12,967 bases of DNA from Candidatus Jordarchaeia archaeon (GTDB lineage Archaea; Asgardarchaeota; Jordiarchaeia; Jordiarchaeales; Jordiarchaeaceae). This document shows positions 1 through 7,958 of the stretch, one piece after another. The position numbers and the translations under genes were made by a program. The stretch covers positions 1-12,967 of the forward strand of contig JAHQXB010000124.1 in the NCBI GenBank assembly GCA_029856435.1, in the 5' to 3' direction. Each line of letters opens with the position of its first letter. Position 1 is the first letter of the stretch. The notes beneath the pieces were generated by a model. It saw only the letters and a list, made by a program, of their open reading frames with translations. It made no database searches and was not told where the DNA came from.

Positions 1-774
1 GGCCCAAAAACACGAGATTTTGCGAATCTATCGCCTGGAATACGCCGGAATCCAAGTGATGGAGCCCTTCTGCACCCTAGAAATTTTCTGGTAGTAGGTG
101 TTGAAAATAGTGAGACATATGTCCGTCAGTTTTTCAACTAGTCTGCGCACCACTTCTGGCTCCGTAAAAAGGCTTTTCACTAGTTTCTGAGTTGCCAATC
201 GTAGCAACTAATACTAGCGTGGTCATATGCCACCATCCCTACGGCAGCTTTTCACTAGTTTCTGAGTTGCCAATCGTAGCAACCAGAGTCCCCTCCATAG
301 TGAAGGTCTGGGATTCCCACCAGAAAATTTCCTCCACAACCTCACAAACCCTGTCAATTAGTTCACACATAAACCTCCACCACTCATTATCCTCCCTGAG
401 AACAGGGTCATAGCCTGACAAATCCTCAAGAAAGGGTTCCGCCCAAGAGGTTCCCTCATCCATAAATGCCAGTTTCCCTCCCAGAAAAGCGGTGAAGGAA
501 TCCGGCCCAATATTAGGCATATAGTAGGGGATTGCGTCACCCATATAGAGAGTGTTTTCAAAGCCGTAATCAACCCAACTCCCCCTTGTACGGAACATAA
601 TCTATGTTTGTCCACTTTTCCTCCACACTTTGGGGAACCGGAAAATCCCAAAAGTTAGGAGTATCTTTGGGAGCAGTTAAATAACTCATAGGTCTCAAGA
701 ATTTCCCTATCCCGAAAAGCATCGAAGTGCTGCTTTATGGTTTCAAAATTAACCTCATCAAGATAAGACCTCAT
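1..774 (-). pseudogene. Frameshifted pseudogene, uroporphyrinogen decarboxylase/methyltransferase (URO-D-like TIM-barrel) superfamily-like protein; runs off the left edge
   Basis: Stitching minus-strand frames from ATG 774 gives MRSYLDEVNFETIKQHFDAFRDREILE/RPMSYLTAPKDTPNFWDFPVPQSVEEKWTNIDYV/..FENTLYMGDAIPYYMPNIGPDSFTAFLGG..TSWAEPF..DNEWWRFM..VVE/GNFLVGIPDLHYGGDS/LVATIG/QKLVKS[insert]LFTEPEVVRRLVEKLTDIC..KGSITWIPAYSR*. At least 5 frame changes are needed. The GDAxP..PNxGPD..AFLG, TSW, xNxWW, VGxxDLHxGxD and PExV pattern matches my recollection of this family. ORFs 239..598 and 358..651 are pieces or shadows of it. Confidence 0.6.
172..283. repeat. Two identical 37-bp direct repeats separated by a 38-bp unique spacer (single repeat-spacer-repeat unit)
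   Basis: GCTTTTCACTAGTTTCTGAGTTGCCAATCGTAGCAAC at 172..208 and 247..283 (37/37 identical; flanking bases differ on both sides). Spacer 209..246 is TAATACTAGCGTGGTCATATGCCACCATCCCTACGGCA. There is no third copy at +/-75 bp and no cas gene in the window. Confidence 0.95.
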
Positions 775-790
775 CCACACAGCTCCCAAA

Positions 791-810
791 ACCAATAGTG
801 AAATATTGGT
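791..810. promoter_or_regulatory. Inverted repeat between the pyrE stop and the pseudogene start (possible terminator, operator or RBS-sequestering stem)
   Basis: ACCAATA-GTGAAA-TATTGGT (7-bp arms, 6-nt loop). It can be extended by TCCC(783-786)/GGGA(811-814) with a 4-nt bulge, which on the minus strand would pair the GGGAG RBS-like motif of the downstream gene. Confidence 0.35.
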
Positions 811-842
811 GGGAAATTAGTTCAAAGGGCATAATGGTAACT

Positions 843-1361
843 TTAGAGTTTGAAGTCGTCTCGGTCAAAGATAGATTCGTGTTTAATGCCGTGTAACGCT
901 AGTCTCTCTTTGGCTCCCTCTAACAAGTCAACAATGGTTATGCTGTGTTCCACTTTGCACCCCGCTTCCCTTATAGTTTTGGCCACGTGGAGGAGTGACT
1001 CTCCGCTTGTGGCTACATCATCCACCAAGACTGCAACGTTTCCCAAGTTGCCTTCAATTAGCTCTCTTAAGCCATACTTTTGGGTTTGCTTCCGCACATA
1101 GAAACCGGGAATCCCACCCAGGGCACAAACGATTGAAATAATGGGAAGGGAACTGTCCTCGGTGCCACCCACACAGTCAGCCTCATACTGTTTAATTCTG
1201 GGAATCATAATGTCAGCAATCATTTTGCAGCCCACAGGGTCCAAGGCTATGGGCCTCAAGTTGAAGTAATAGGTGCTCATACGGGTACTTGAAAGAATTA
1301 TGGGTTTACCAGTAACAACTCCCTTCTTCAAAATCAGCTTTTTAAGCTCCTCTCTAGTCAC
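843..1361 (-). CDS. pyrE: Orotate phosphoribosyltransferase (type I PRTase), 172 aa
   Basis: PRPP-binding motif VLVDDVATSGES; N-terminal ILSS..STYYFNLR; flexible loop YVRKQTQKYG; C-terminal IVDLLEGAKERL. GTG start with GAGGCGG upstream. Confidence 0.85.
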   Translation of the reverse strand: MTREELKKLILKKGVVTGKPIILSSTRMSTYYFNLRPIALDPVGCKMIADIMIPRIKQYEADCVGGTEDSSLPIISIVCALGGIPGFYVRKQTQKYGLRELIEGNLGNVAVLVDDVATSGESLLHVAKTIREAGCKVEHSITIVDLLEGAKERLALHGIKHESIFDRDDFKL

Positions 1362-1411
1362 AAAACCGCCTCAAAAAAACCATATTCATAAACCTGAATG
1401 GTTAAAGGACA

Positions 1412-1419
1412 CTATTTAA
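1412..1419 (-). promoter_or_regulatory. Putative TATA box for pyrE
   Basis: Minus strand TTAAATAG about 58 nt upstream of the GTG start; the BRE match is weak. Confidence 0.35.
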
Positions 1420-1480
1420 GGAATACTTCTCTTAGAAATCTCTTAAAAAACTTTTCACAGAAGCAATGATTTAAACAGAT

Positions 1481-1502
1481 AAAAAAGCCGGATAAGAAAA
1501 AA
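1481..1502 (-). terminator. Putative archaeal oligo(U) terminator of the HAD/ECH gene
   Basis: Two T6 tracts on the minus strand (+ strand A6 at 1481..1486 and 1497..1502) 20-40 nt after the stop at 1521. Confidence 0.35.
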
Positions 1503-1520
1503 TAGGGGAAATTGAAGTTT

Positions 1521-3503
1521 TTATTTTCCTTTGAATTTGGGAAACCTTTTTTCCAAGAACGCGGTGGTGCCCTCTACCATGTCTTCTGTTCCGAAGAGAA
1601 CGCCGAAGACCCCTGACTCTACCATTAGTCCTATGTCCAGAGGCACCTCTGTTCCATAGTTTATGGCGTACTTGGCCATCTTTAAGGCGATTGGTGGACC
1701 TGCGGCGAGCCGTTTTGCAAAGTTTTTGACTTCTTCCTCAAACTTGTCTGGTGGGAATACCCTGTTAATTAGGCCCATTTTCTGAGCCTCTTCCACACTC
1801 ACCCGGTCTCCCAGCATAACCATTTCTTTTGCTCTGCCTAAGCCCACATATTTGGAAAGCCTCTGGGTTCCGCCTGCTCCTGGTATTATTCCCAAGAGTA
1901 TTTCGGGTTGCCCCACAAATGTTCCTTCCTTTGCGAGTCTAAAGTCGCAGGCCATAGCAATTTCCAGCCCGCCGCCTAGAGCAAAACCATTGAGTGCCGC
2001 TATTATGGGTTTTGGAAACTTCTCCATGCGGGTTGTGACCATTTGCAGCCTTCGGGTAGCCTCAAAACCCAGGTTTGGTGTTCCACCCTTAAATCCTGTA
2101 ATGTCCGCTCCTGCGCAAAAGGCTCTATCGCCAGCGCCGGTAATTATGAGAACCCTCACTTCCTCATCGTCCCACAGTTCGGTTAAGCAGTGGTCTAAGT
2201 CTGCTGTGAGGTCGGCGTTTATGGCATTTAGCCTCTGTGGCCGGTTTAAGATTAGCCACGCAAGTGGAGGCTCTCTCTTGAAGATTGTGGCCTTGTATGT
2301 GTATCCCGCACCTGCATAGTCGTAGAAGCCTTTTCCCGCCTTAACGCCAGTATGTCCTTTATTTACCATTTCGGTCAGTAGGGGGTCTACCTTGTAGTAG
2401 TCTCCATACTTGGCTTCCTTTTCCTTTAGAATGGTGACTATGCGGTCGATTCCCCACTCGTCAGCCAACTCGCAGAGACCCTTGGGATAGCCCAGTCCCA
2501 GCTTGACTCCCATATCTATGTCCTGGGGGTCTGCAACGTCGTTTCTAATAAGCCACGCTGCAGCGTTAACTACGGGGGCGAAGAGTGGTACTGGGTCAAA
2601 CTTTTCTCCCACACCAGCTGGTATTGATGGGCGGCCCTTGCTCCAGTCGTAGAATCCTTTCCCAGACTTCCATCCATACTCTCCTTTACTGGCTTTTTCC
2701 ACGAAGAGTTTCTGGGGTCCAGGAGCCATGGGGTCTCTCTTCTTTGTCTCCTCGGAAGCCTTAACTATGGTGTCTATGCCGCTGTAGTCCGCCACTAGGA
2801 AGACGCCCATTGGTAGCCCAACCTTGTAGGCTAGGGCGGAGTCTATTTCTTCCACTGTGGCTTCTCCCCGCTCCACGGTTCTTGCGGCTTCCGCAAGCAG
2901 TGGTCCCAGGAGTCTGTTCACTATGAATCCTGGAACATCCTTTCTGCACACGACCACCATTTTGCCCATTTTCTTTGCCATTTCCACTGTGGTTTGGGTG
3001 GTTTCATCATCAGTCTTTTCTCCCCGAATTATCTCCACCAGTGGCATAAGTGGCGGGGGATTGAAGAAGTGCATTCCTATAACTTTCTCGGGTCGCTTGG
3101 TTGCACCAGCTATTTCCGATATGGGAAGCGTGCTAGTGTTAGTTGCAAGTATGGCGTGTTTAGGCGTCTTCTCATCTAGTTCTTTAAAGGTCTTTTTCTT
3201 GAGGTCCATAACTTCTGGTATGGCTTCAATTACAAAGTCTGCGCCTTTAACGGCCTCATCAAAGTCCACAACGCCATGTAATCTTTTCCAGCTCTGATCC
3301 ATCATTTCTTGGGTGATTCTCTTTTTTTCGGCGAATTTTTCTAGGCTCTTCTTGATCATGCTCATTCCTTTGTCGACGAGCTCCTGGTTTATGTCTCTCA
3401 GGTAAGTCTCAAAGCCGGCTAGGGCTGCGAGTTCCGCGATTCCGTGACCCATAACTCCGGCGCCCAACACGGCTACCTTCTTAATCTCATCTATTTTGAC
3501 CAA
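1521..3503 (-). CDS. Bifunctional 3-hydroxyacyl-CoA dehydrogenase / enoyl-CoA hydratase, archaeal HAD-ECH domain order, 660 aa
   Basis: Rossmann motif VLGAGVMGHGIA; ATNTSTL; catalytic GMHFFNP..LVE; PGFIVNR; two HAD C-terminal repeats (GEYGWKSGKGFYDW, GHTGVKAGKGFYDY); crotonase domain LNRPQRLNA, AFCAGAD, GGGLE, GQPE, IPGAGGTQRL. TTG start with GGGGAG RBS. Confidence 0.95.
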   Translation of the reverse strand: MVKIDEIKKVAVLGAGVMGHGIAELAALAGFETYLRDINQELVDKGMSMIKKSLEKFAEKKRITQEMMDQSWKRLHGVVDFDEAVKGADFVIEAIPEVMDLKKKTFKELDEKTPKHAILATNTSTLPISEIAGATKRPEKVIGMHFFNPPPLMPLVEIIRGEKTDDETTQTTVEMAKKMGKMVVVCRKDVPGFIVNRLLGPLLAEAARTVERGEATVEEIDSALAYKVGLPMGVFLVADYSGIDTIVKASEETKKRDPMAPGPQKLFVEKASKGEYGWKSGKGFYDWSKGRPSIPAGVGEKFDPVPLFAPVVNAAAWLIRNDVADPQDIDMGVKLGLGYPKGLCELADEWGIDRIVTILKEKEAKYGDYYKVDPLLTEMVNKGHTGVKAGKGFYDYAGAGYTYKATIFKREPPLAWLILNRPQRLNAINADLTADLDHCLTELWDDEEVRVLIITGAGDRAFCAGADITGFKGGTPNLGFEATRRLQMVTTRMEKFPKPIIAALNGFALGGGLEIAMACDFRLAKEGTFVGQPEILLGIIPGAGGTQRLSKYVGLGRAKEMVMLGDRVSVEEAQKMGLINRVFPPDKFEEEVKNFAKRLAAGPPIALKMAKYAINYGTEVPLDIGLMVESGVFGVLFGTEDMVEGTTAFLEKRFPKFKGK

Positions 3504-3551
3504 TTCTTATTCTCCCCTAAAATCCTTTGAATCTAAGAGGATTCACTCCCA

Positions 3552-3566
3552 ATATAAAACTTTTCG
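3552..3566 (-). promoter_or_regulatory. BRE + TATA promoter of the HAD/ECH gene
   Basis: Minus strand CGAAAAG-TTTTATAT, with the TATA about 56 nt upstream of the start codon, leaving a short leader that contains the RBS. Confidence 0.6.
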
Positions 3567-3775
3567 CCAAAAAAGTTTACTGGGCGCCCCTAATATCTTT
3601 TTACTGGTTTATGGACGAATTTGAAAATGTGGGCACCTAATTTTTGGCCATTTCTATTTATCTTCACCTTCGATTATACCATCGGTGCCACTTATTTAAT
3701 TAATACATAGAGGGATTAAGTACAAATCGATTGACTCTTTGAGATTTGAACAATCCAAATTAATGACTGGTAATA

Positions 3776-5647
3776 CTAGATTTTTTCCAGAAATTTTTCT
3801 ATTTCTTCTTCTGCGTTATCTGCTCTGATGTATATTGGTACGTTTGCTAGTCCTGTGGCGATGTAGCTTGAGAGGAGCCAGTCTCCGGGCGTGAACTCCA
3901 AGGTTTTTTCCAGAATGTTTTTGTCTATCATGAAGGTGTTGCTGATTAGTCCTCGGTCGTATGGTCGGGGTAGGGTGCTTACAAAGTAGGTGTGTAGTTG
4001 TTGGAGGGCGCTGGTGTTTAGGTGGGCTATTCTTTGTGTGGCTATGCACCCTCCTAAGCCGTATTTTCTTCCCTGTCGTAGTAGTCTTTCGACTTCTTGG
4101 GAGCATTGTCGGTCTATTCCGGATACGTTTGCGGGGTTTGCTACGAATTCCTGTGCTTCGTCCCACACGAAGAGGGTGTATGGTTTTACTTTGAATTCTC
4201 TTTTTCTTTGGGCCAGGATGCTTTGGGTGAGGTCTATGACTACTTGTTTTATGGTTTGAGGGTCGCTTATAGTTATGCTGATGAGTCGTGTTTCTCCCTC
4301 TATTAGTTCTTGTATGGCTTCTGTGGTTAGTCCACCGCTGGTGTCGGTTTCTGTTTCGTGGAAGTAACGTGTCATGCGTTGTCTGGTTTCGAACCAGCCG
4401 TATAGTCCGCTTTTTTCGTGGATTTTGTAGGATGTGACTATGGTTGGTGCCGCATTTACCAGCTTGGTTACAAATTCTCGGTCTATTTCGTCGGTTTCAA
4501 TGTATCCTTTTTCAGACATGTATTTTGCGGTTAGTATTTCTACTTCGTTTAAGGCTTCCACATAGTTCAGTCTCCCCTGGTTTTCTGACTTTAGGAGGGC
4601 TACACTGTCCAGAAATTCCTTGAAGGTGGGGATTCTCAAAAATTCTTGCACATAGTGGGTGACCCTGTTTTGGGAAAATATTTTTTCCATTCCTTTAATT
4701 ACTCGAGGATCGTCTTCGAACAGTTTGGGTTTAACAATTGAGTTGTAGAATTCTCTCGCATTTTCAGCTTTGTGCTCGAGAATAATTTTTGAGGGTATTC
4801 TCTTGTCTGCGAACAAGTCCATTAAAAGGAAGGGGTACTCGCAGGATATGTCAAAAATCACCACTTTAGTGTCCGGGGTGTGTATAAGAAGCCTTCTCAA
4901 AATATTGGAGAGCATGTTGCTCTTACCCCCACCCGTGAAGGCAAAGATGCCGAAGTGGTACCTCACCAAGGAGTCATAGTCGACATATATGGGAATATTT
5001 TCGGCTGAAGCCTCAAACATTTTAATAGTTCCAAGGCGGGGATCCTTCCACGGATTACTGCTTGTTTCCTCAGAACTGAAACCTAGCTTCTCTAACACTT
5101 TGCGGTTGTACATGTCTTTAATCATTTCCTTGTTGAGGATGTAGACCCTCTCTCCAACAACGGGGTAGGAGAAGCCCCGCTCGTAACCAAATACGTGGTT
5201 CTCACCCGTCACCAAGTCATAGTTTATGGGGATTGCGGATATCTGAATAATCATTGTGGACTTGTCGCTGGTCTCCCAGTCGCCAACTGATTGCTCAATG
5301 ACTTCAAACTGCAGAGGGTAATACTGGTAGTCCTTTAAGCCCCTCAGGCCGAAATGTTCGGGCCAGAAACGCAGAATCTCCATTAGTGTGTATCTTTTTT
5401 TATCCGCCTCTTTGGTTCTGAAGTTCCTCACAGCCAGAAGCATTCCCGAGTCAATGAGCCTCATGAGGTCTCGGTCATACTCCGCAAGAACCCTGCAAGT
5501 GTAGGGTGAAGAAGTTCCAAATTCTTCGCTGGAGGTTTCACTGGTTGCAATAACTCTTCCCAGTCGGGCCCTGAATTTTCCACCAAAATCGGTAAAGTAA
5601 ATTTTAAGCTCCTCTTCTAAGCCGCTCAAACTCACCCCTCCGTTCAC
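3776..5647 (-). CDS. herA: HerA-like (FtsK-HerA superfamily, DUF87) ATPase/translocase, up to 623 aa; exact start uncertain
   Basis: Walker A GIFAFTGGGKSN; Walker B FVWDEAQEF; arginine-finger/Q motif RQGRKYGLGGCIATQR; N-terminal beta-rich HAS-barrel-like region. It overlaps the 3' end of the nurA-like gene; the true start may be a downstream GTG/TTG near 5635-5629. Confidence 0.9.
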   Translation of the reverse strand: MNGGVSLSGLEEELKIYFTDFGGKFRARLGRVIATSETSSEEFGTSSPYTCRVLAEYDRDLMRLIDSGMLLAVRNFRTKEADKKRYTLMEILRFWPEHFGLRGLKDYQYYPLQFEVIEQSVGDWETSDKSTMIIQISAIPINYDLVTGENHVFGYERGFSYPVVGERVYILNKEMIKDMYNRKVLEKLGFSSEETSSNPWKDPRLGTIKMFEASAENIPIYVDYDSLVRYHFGIFAFTGGGKSNMLSNILRRLLIHTPDTKVVIFDISCEYPFLLMDLFADKRIPSKIILEHKAENAREFYNSIVKPKLFEDDPRVIKGMEKIFSQNRVTHYVQEFLRIPTFKEFLDSVALLKSENQGRLNYVEALNEVEILTAKYMSEKGYIETDEIDREFVTKLVNAAPTIVTSYKIHEKSGLYGWFETRQRMTRYFHETETDTSGGLTTEAIQELIEGETRLISITISDPQTIKQVVIDLTQSILAQRKREFKVKPYTLFVWDEAQEFVANPANVSGIDRQCSQEVERLLRQGRKYGLGGCIATQRIAHLNTSALQQLHTYFVSTLPRPYDRGLISNTFMIDKNILEKTLEFTPGDWLLSSYIATGLANVPIYIRADNAEEEIEKFLEKI

Positions 5648-7520
5648 GGAAGCTGGTCATATAGTAAACAAACTTCTTTAATTCTTTATTTGTCATAATC
5701 CAATCCTTCGTGGTGTCAATAAGATTCTTAAACAGGCTGTAGTTCCACTTGGCCACATTATCCGCAATAAAGAGCGGTTTATTGTGCCCGAAAATTTCTG
5801 GAATAGTGGAACTGGTGGTGGCCGCCAGCGTCACCAGGATGAGGTTCTGAAGCTCATTTCTGATTTTCTCATTTTTAAGTATAAAGACATTTACGGGTTC
5901 TTCTCCCACATAAATTTGGTGGAAACGCTCAATATTCTCCTCCCTCATATCATACTCCGCGTAGGCAAGACGGTCTATGAGCAAAACATTGCTCCTCACC
6001 TTAGGGTCATGCTCCGCCGCCTGAAGTTGAACATAGGTTTTAAGAAACAACCTTTCCATAGTAATCTTATTCTTCCTTGCGCCCCTCACATATCTGGGGC
6101 CCTTATCTAGATCCGGAACAATGGTGGTGAATGCCGAGTCGTACTCAATCAAACTCCAAGGAGGATGGAGCGTATCACAACAGTTAAATGAGTAGTGTTG
6201 CAGAAGCATACGGTCAGTGTTGGGAAGATTTGAAAACAGTTCAGGCGGAACCACACAGCCAAAAATGTTACAGTTGGAGCATACTGGAACGAAGTGGTTT
6301 TTAAAATCGCTGGCTGCAGTATCCTTGGTTATTCCCAAAAGGAGAACCTTGCGTTTCCAGCACTCCTCAATGAGCATATAGAAGCAGAAAAGGGTAAGAA
6401 AAGCAATATCCAAAGTGGACAAGTACTGGGATGAGCCGTCCTCACGCTCAATAATCATCCTAATTCCCGAAGCCGACCCCTCCATCTCCTCCCTAAAAAT
6501 GTGCTCACCCAAAGTTCTAACCAGTTTTGAAATCCTATCCCAAGATTTTCTGTAACGGGGGTTGAGGAGATACTTGGAGTGGCTCTTAAGTACTACTTCT
6601 TCTCGAACCAAACTGTTAAGGTAGCGGCCAACTCTCTCCTCTCGAAGCGCATCCTTAATTTCCAACTCCTCGCAAATTTGTTTCAGGGTTAGTGGGGAAT
6701 CCTTCCTCTCCAAGAGGAGAATGAGGCTGTGCCTCAAAAAGTCTCCCCTAGCGGGCGGAAGCATTAATTCGGGATTCGAGACATAGTAGCGACCAATAAA
6801 TAGATCATTCTTATCTATGGGTTCGCCGTCAACCTTGAATCCCAGAATGGCACACTTTTTATCCCAGTAGGTTTTCTTTGAGGTTTCCTTGGCGATGGCC
6901 CGCTGGGTGCCCGAGAGGGAGCGGTCCATGAAAAGAATTCTTACTGGATCATTGGGGTCAGTCACCAGAAGGTAGGCCAGATAGTATTCGGCAAAGGTCA
7001 TAATCCAGTTCGCAATCTGAGAATTATCCGCGATTTCCTGCTCAGATAGGGGCTGAGTTAACAAACCCTCTGGGTCGTCTCCCTCGCTGAAAAAGGTCTG
7101 GTCAATTTCGGGAACCTCATTAATATAAACGGGAACGCAGCTGGAAATTCCCCTTCCCTCCTCTATATGCTTAGTGTAGTAATCCACAGTGGGTCTGGAA
7201 TCTTTATGGAACTGAATTTCGCCACTTGCAGCATAGGCACCGCCAAAAAAGAGGATAAAGTCAAAAAGTCTCTTTGAATACTCAGTTCCATCCACAGCCG
7301 CAAACCTAACACGATCAGACCCAAAAAAGTCAACCGCGGTACGGTAAGCCCTTTCAAAGTCTAAACCAGTAACCAAAAGTTTAGAGATAAAAGTGTTTAA
7401 CTCGTCAATTTGGGAGAAGCGATTCTTGTAATCCGTAAGCTGCCTCTCAACACCCTTCAACAAAATGTTGCTTATCCTACTAATCTGAGAACTCAGGAAG
7501 GATCTTCCCACTACAATCAC
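5604..7520 (-). CDS. nurA: NurA-like 5'-3' nuclease (RNase H fold), enlarged to 638 aa with an internal winged-helix-like insertion
   Basis: NurA motifs FAAVDGT (D77), LFMDRSL, LLGITKDT and C-terminal GHNKPLFIADNVAK; directly upstream of and overlapping herA. Inserted segment LLERKDSPLTLKQICEEL..RYLNSLVREEVVLKSHSKYLLNP looks like a wHTH. Confidence 0.8.
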   Translation of the reverse strand: MIVVGRSFLSSQISRISNILLKGVERQLTDYKNRFSQIDELNTFISKLLVTGLDFERAYRTAVDFFGSDRVRFAAVDGTEYSKRLFDFILFFGGAYAASGEIQFHKDSRPTVDYYTKHIEEGRGISSCVPVYINEVPEIDQTFFSEGDDPEGLLTQPLSEQEIADNSQIANWIMTFAEYYLAYLLVTDPNDPVRILFMDRSLSGTQRAIAKETSKKTYWDKKCAILGFKVDGEPIDKNDLFIGRYYVSNPELMLPPARGDFLRHSLILLLERKDSPLTLKQICEELEIKDALREERVGRYLNSLVREEVVLKSHSKYLLNPRYRKSWDRISKLVRTLGEHIFREEMEGSASGIRMIIEREDGSSQYLSTLDIAFLTLFCFYMLIEECWKRKVLLLGITKDTAASDFKNHFVPVCSNCNIFGCVVPPELFSNLPNTDRMLLQHYSFNCCDTLHPPWSLIEYDSAFTTIVPDLDKGPRYVRGARKNKITMERLFLKTYVQLQAAEHDPKVRSNVLLIDRLAYAEYDMREENIERFHQIYVGEEPVNVFILKNEKIRNELQNLILVTLAATTSSTIPEIFGHNKPLFIADNVAKWNYSLFKNLIDTTKDWIMTNKELKKFVYYMTSFRERRGEFERLRRGA

Positions 7521-7828
7521 CCAACACCAACAAGACAGGCTATCATAATAATTAGTGAATCAATCTTCAAGAGCGCCTGAATCCCCAATGCCAACCGTTA
7601 CAATAGAATATTGCTCCACCCAATTTAAAGGTTTCATAAAAATAGTGTCCAAAAAATTTTTCAGGAATTTATAACCCCAAATTTGCTGGGAATAATGCAA
7701 TGAATTCTATTTTAGCCCATTTAATTAATGGTGTTTTAAGTAATGATTATGGTTTTTTAATATTATTTTATGTTATTTAATATAGTAAACTTTTTCTCGT
7801 TTTGTGTAGACGACCCTCCCCCACCATC

Positions 7829-7900
7829 CATATGACTACATAAGGTAACATAGCATTCTAAAATTTCCATATGTAATACTTAATATCCTAATATACCATA
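7829..7900 (+). promoter_or_regulatory. Helically phased CATA/CWWA repeat array in the pstS upstream region
   Basis: CATA at 7829, 7839, 7849, 7868 and 7897; CTAA/CTTA at 7858, 7879 and 7888 (spacings 10,10,9,10,11,9,9). CATATG occurs twice and CATAAGG twice. It lies 60-130 nt upstream of the reconstructed pstS start. Confidence 0.35.
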
Positions 7901-7958
7901 AGGAAAAATCGTTAGACCGCCAAAAAATTGCCACAAAATTGAGAGGAGTGAAAAAAAG

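Noticed and set aside
172-283. Calling the repeat pair a bona fide CRISPR array
   Set aside because: Only two repeats, no leader or cas genes visible, and the repeat is host coding sequence. Kept as a repeat plus a hypothesis.
192-651. ORFs 192..413(+), 239..598(-) and 358..651(-) as real genes
   Set aside because: They are fragments or shadow frames of the frameshifted pseudogene.
850-6110. Short overlapping ORFs (850..1101, 1852..2319, 2761..2949, 2857..3297, 2994..3179, 3816..4166, 3961..4194, 3990..4259, 4097..4306, 4770..4979, 5784..6110)
   Set aside because: Antisense or alternate-frame shadows of long motif-bearing genes; the cluster in the herA 3' end is expected from its skewed, stop-poor composition.
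1407-7650. Shared 11-mer GGACACTATTT at 1407..1417(+) and about 7640..7650(-), upstream of pyrE and nurA
   Set aside because: Many 11-mer matches are expected by chance in 13 kb on two strands, and the orientation relative to the genes is opposite.
7690-7800. Very AT-rich tract as a replication origin unwinding element
   Set aside because: No ORB-like motif or cdc6/orc1 gene seen; ordinary intergenic composition is sufficient.
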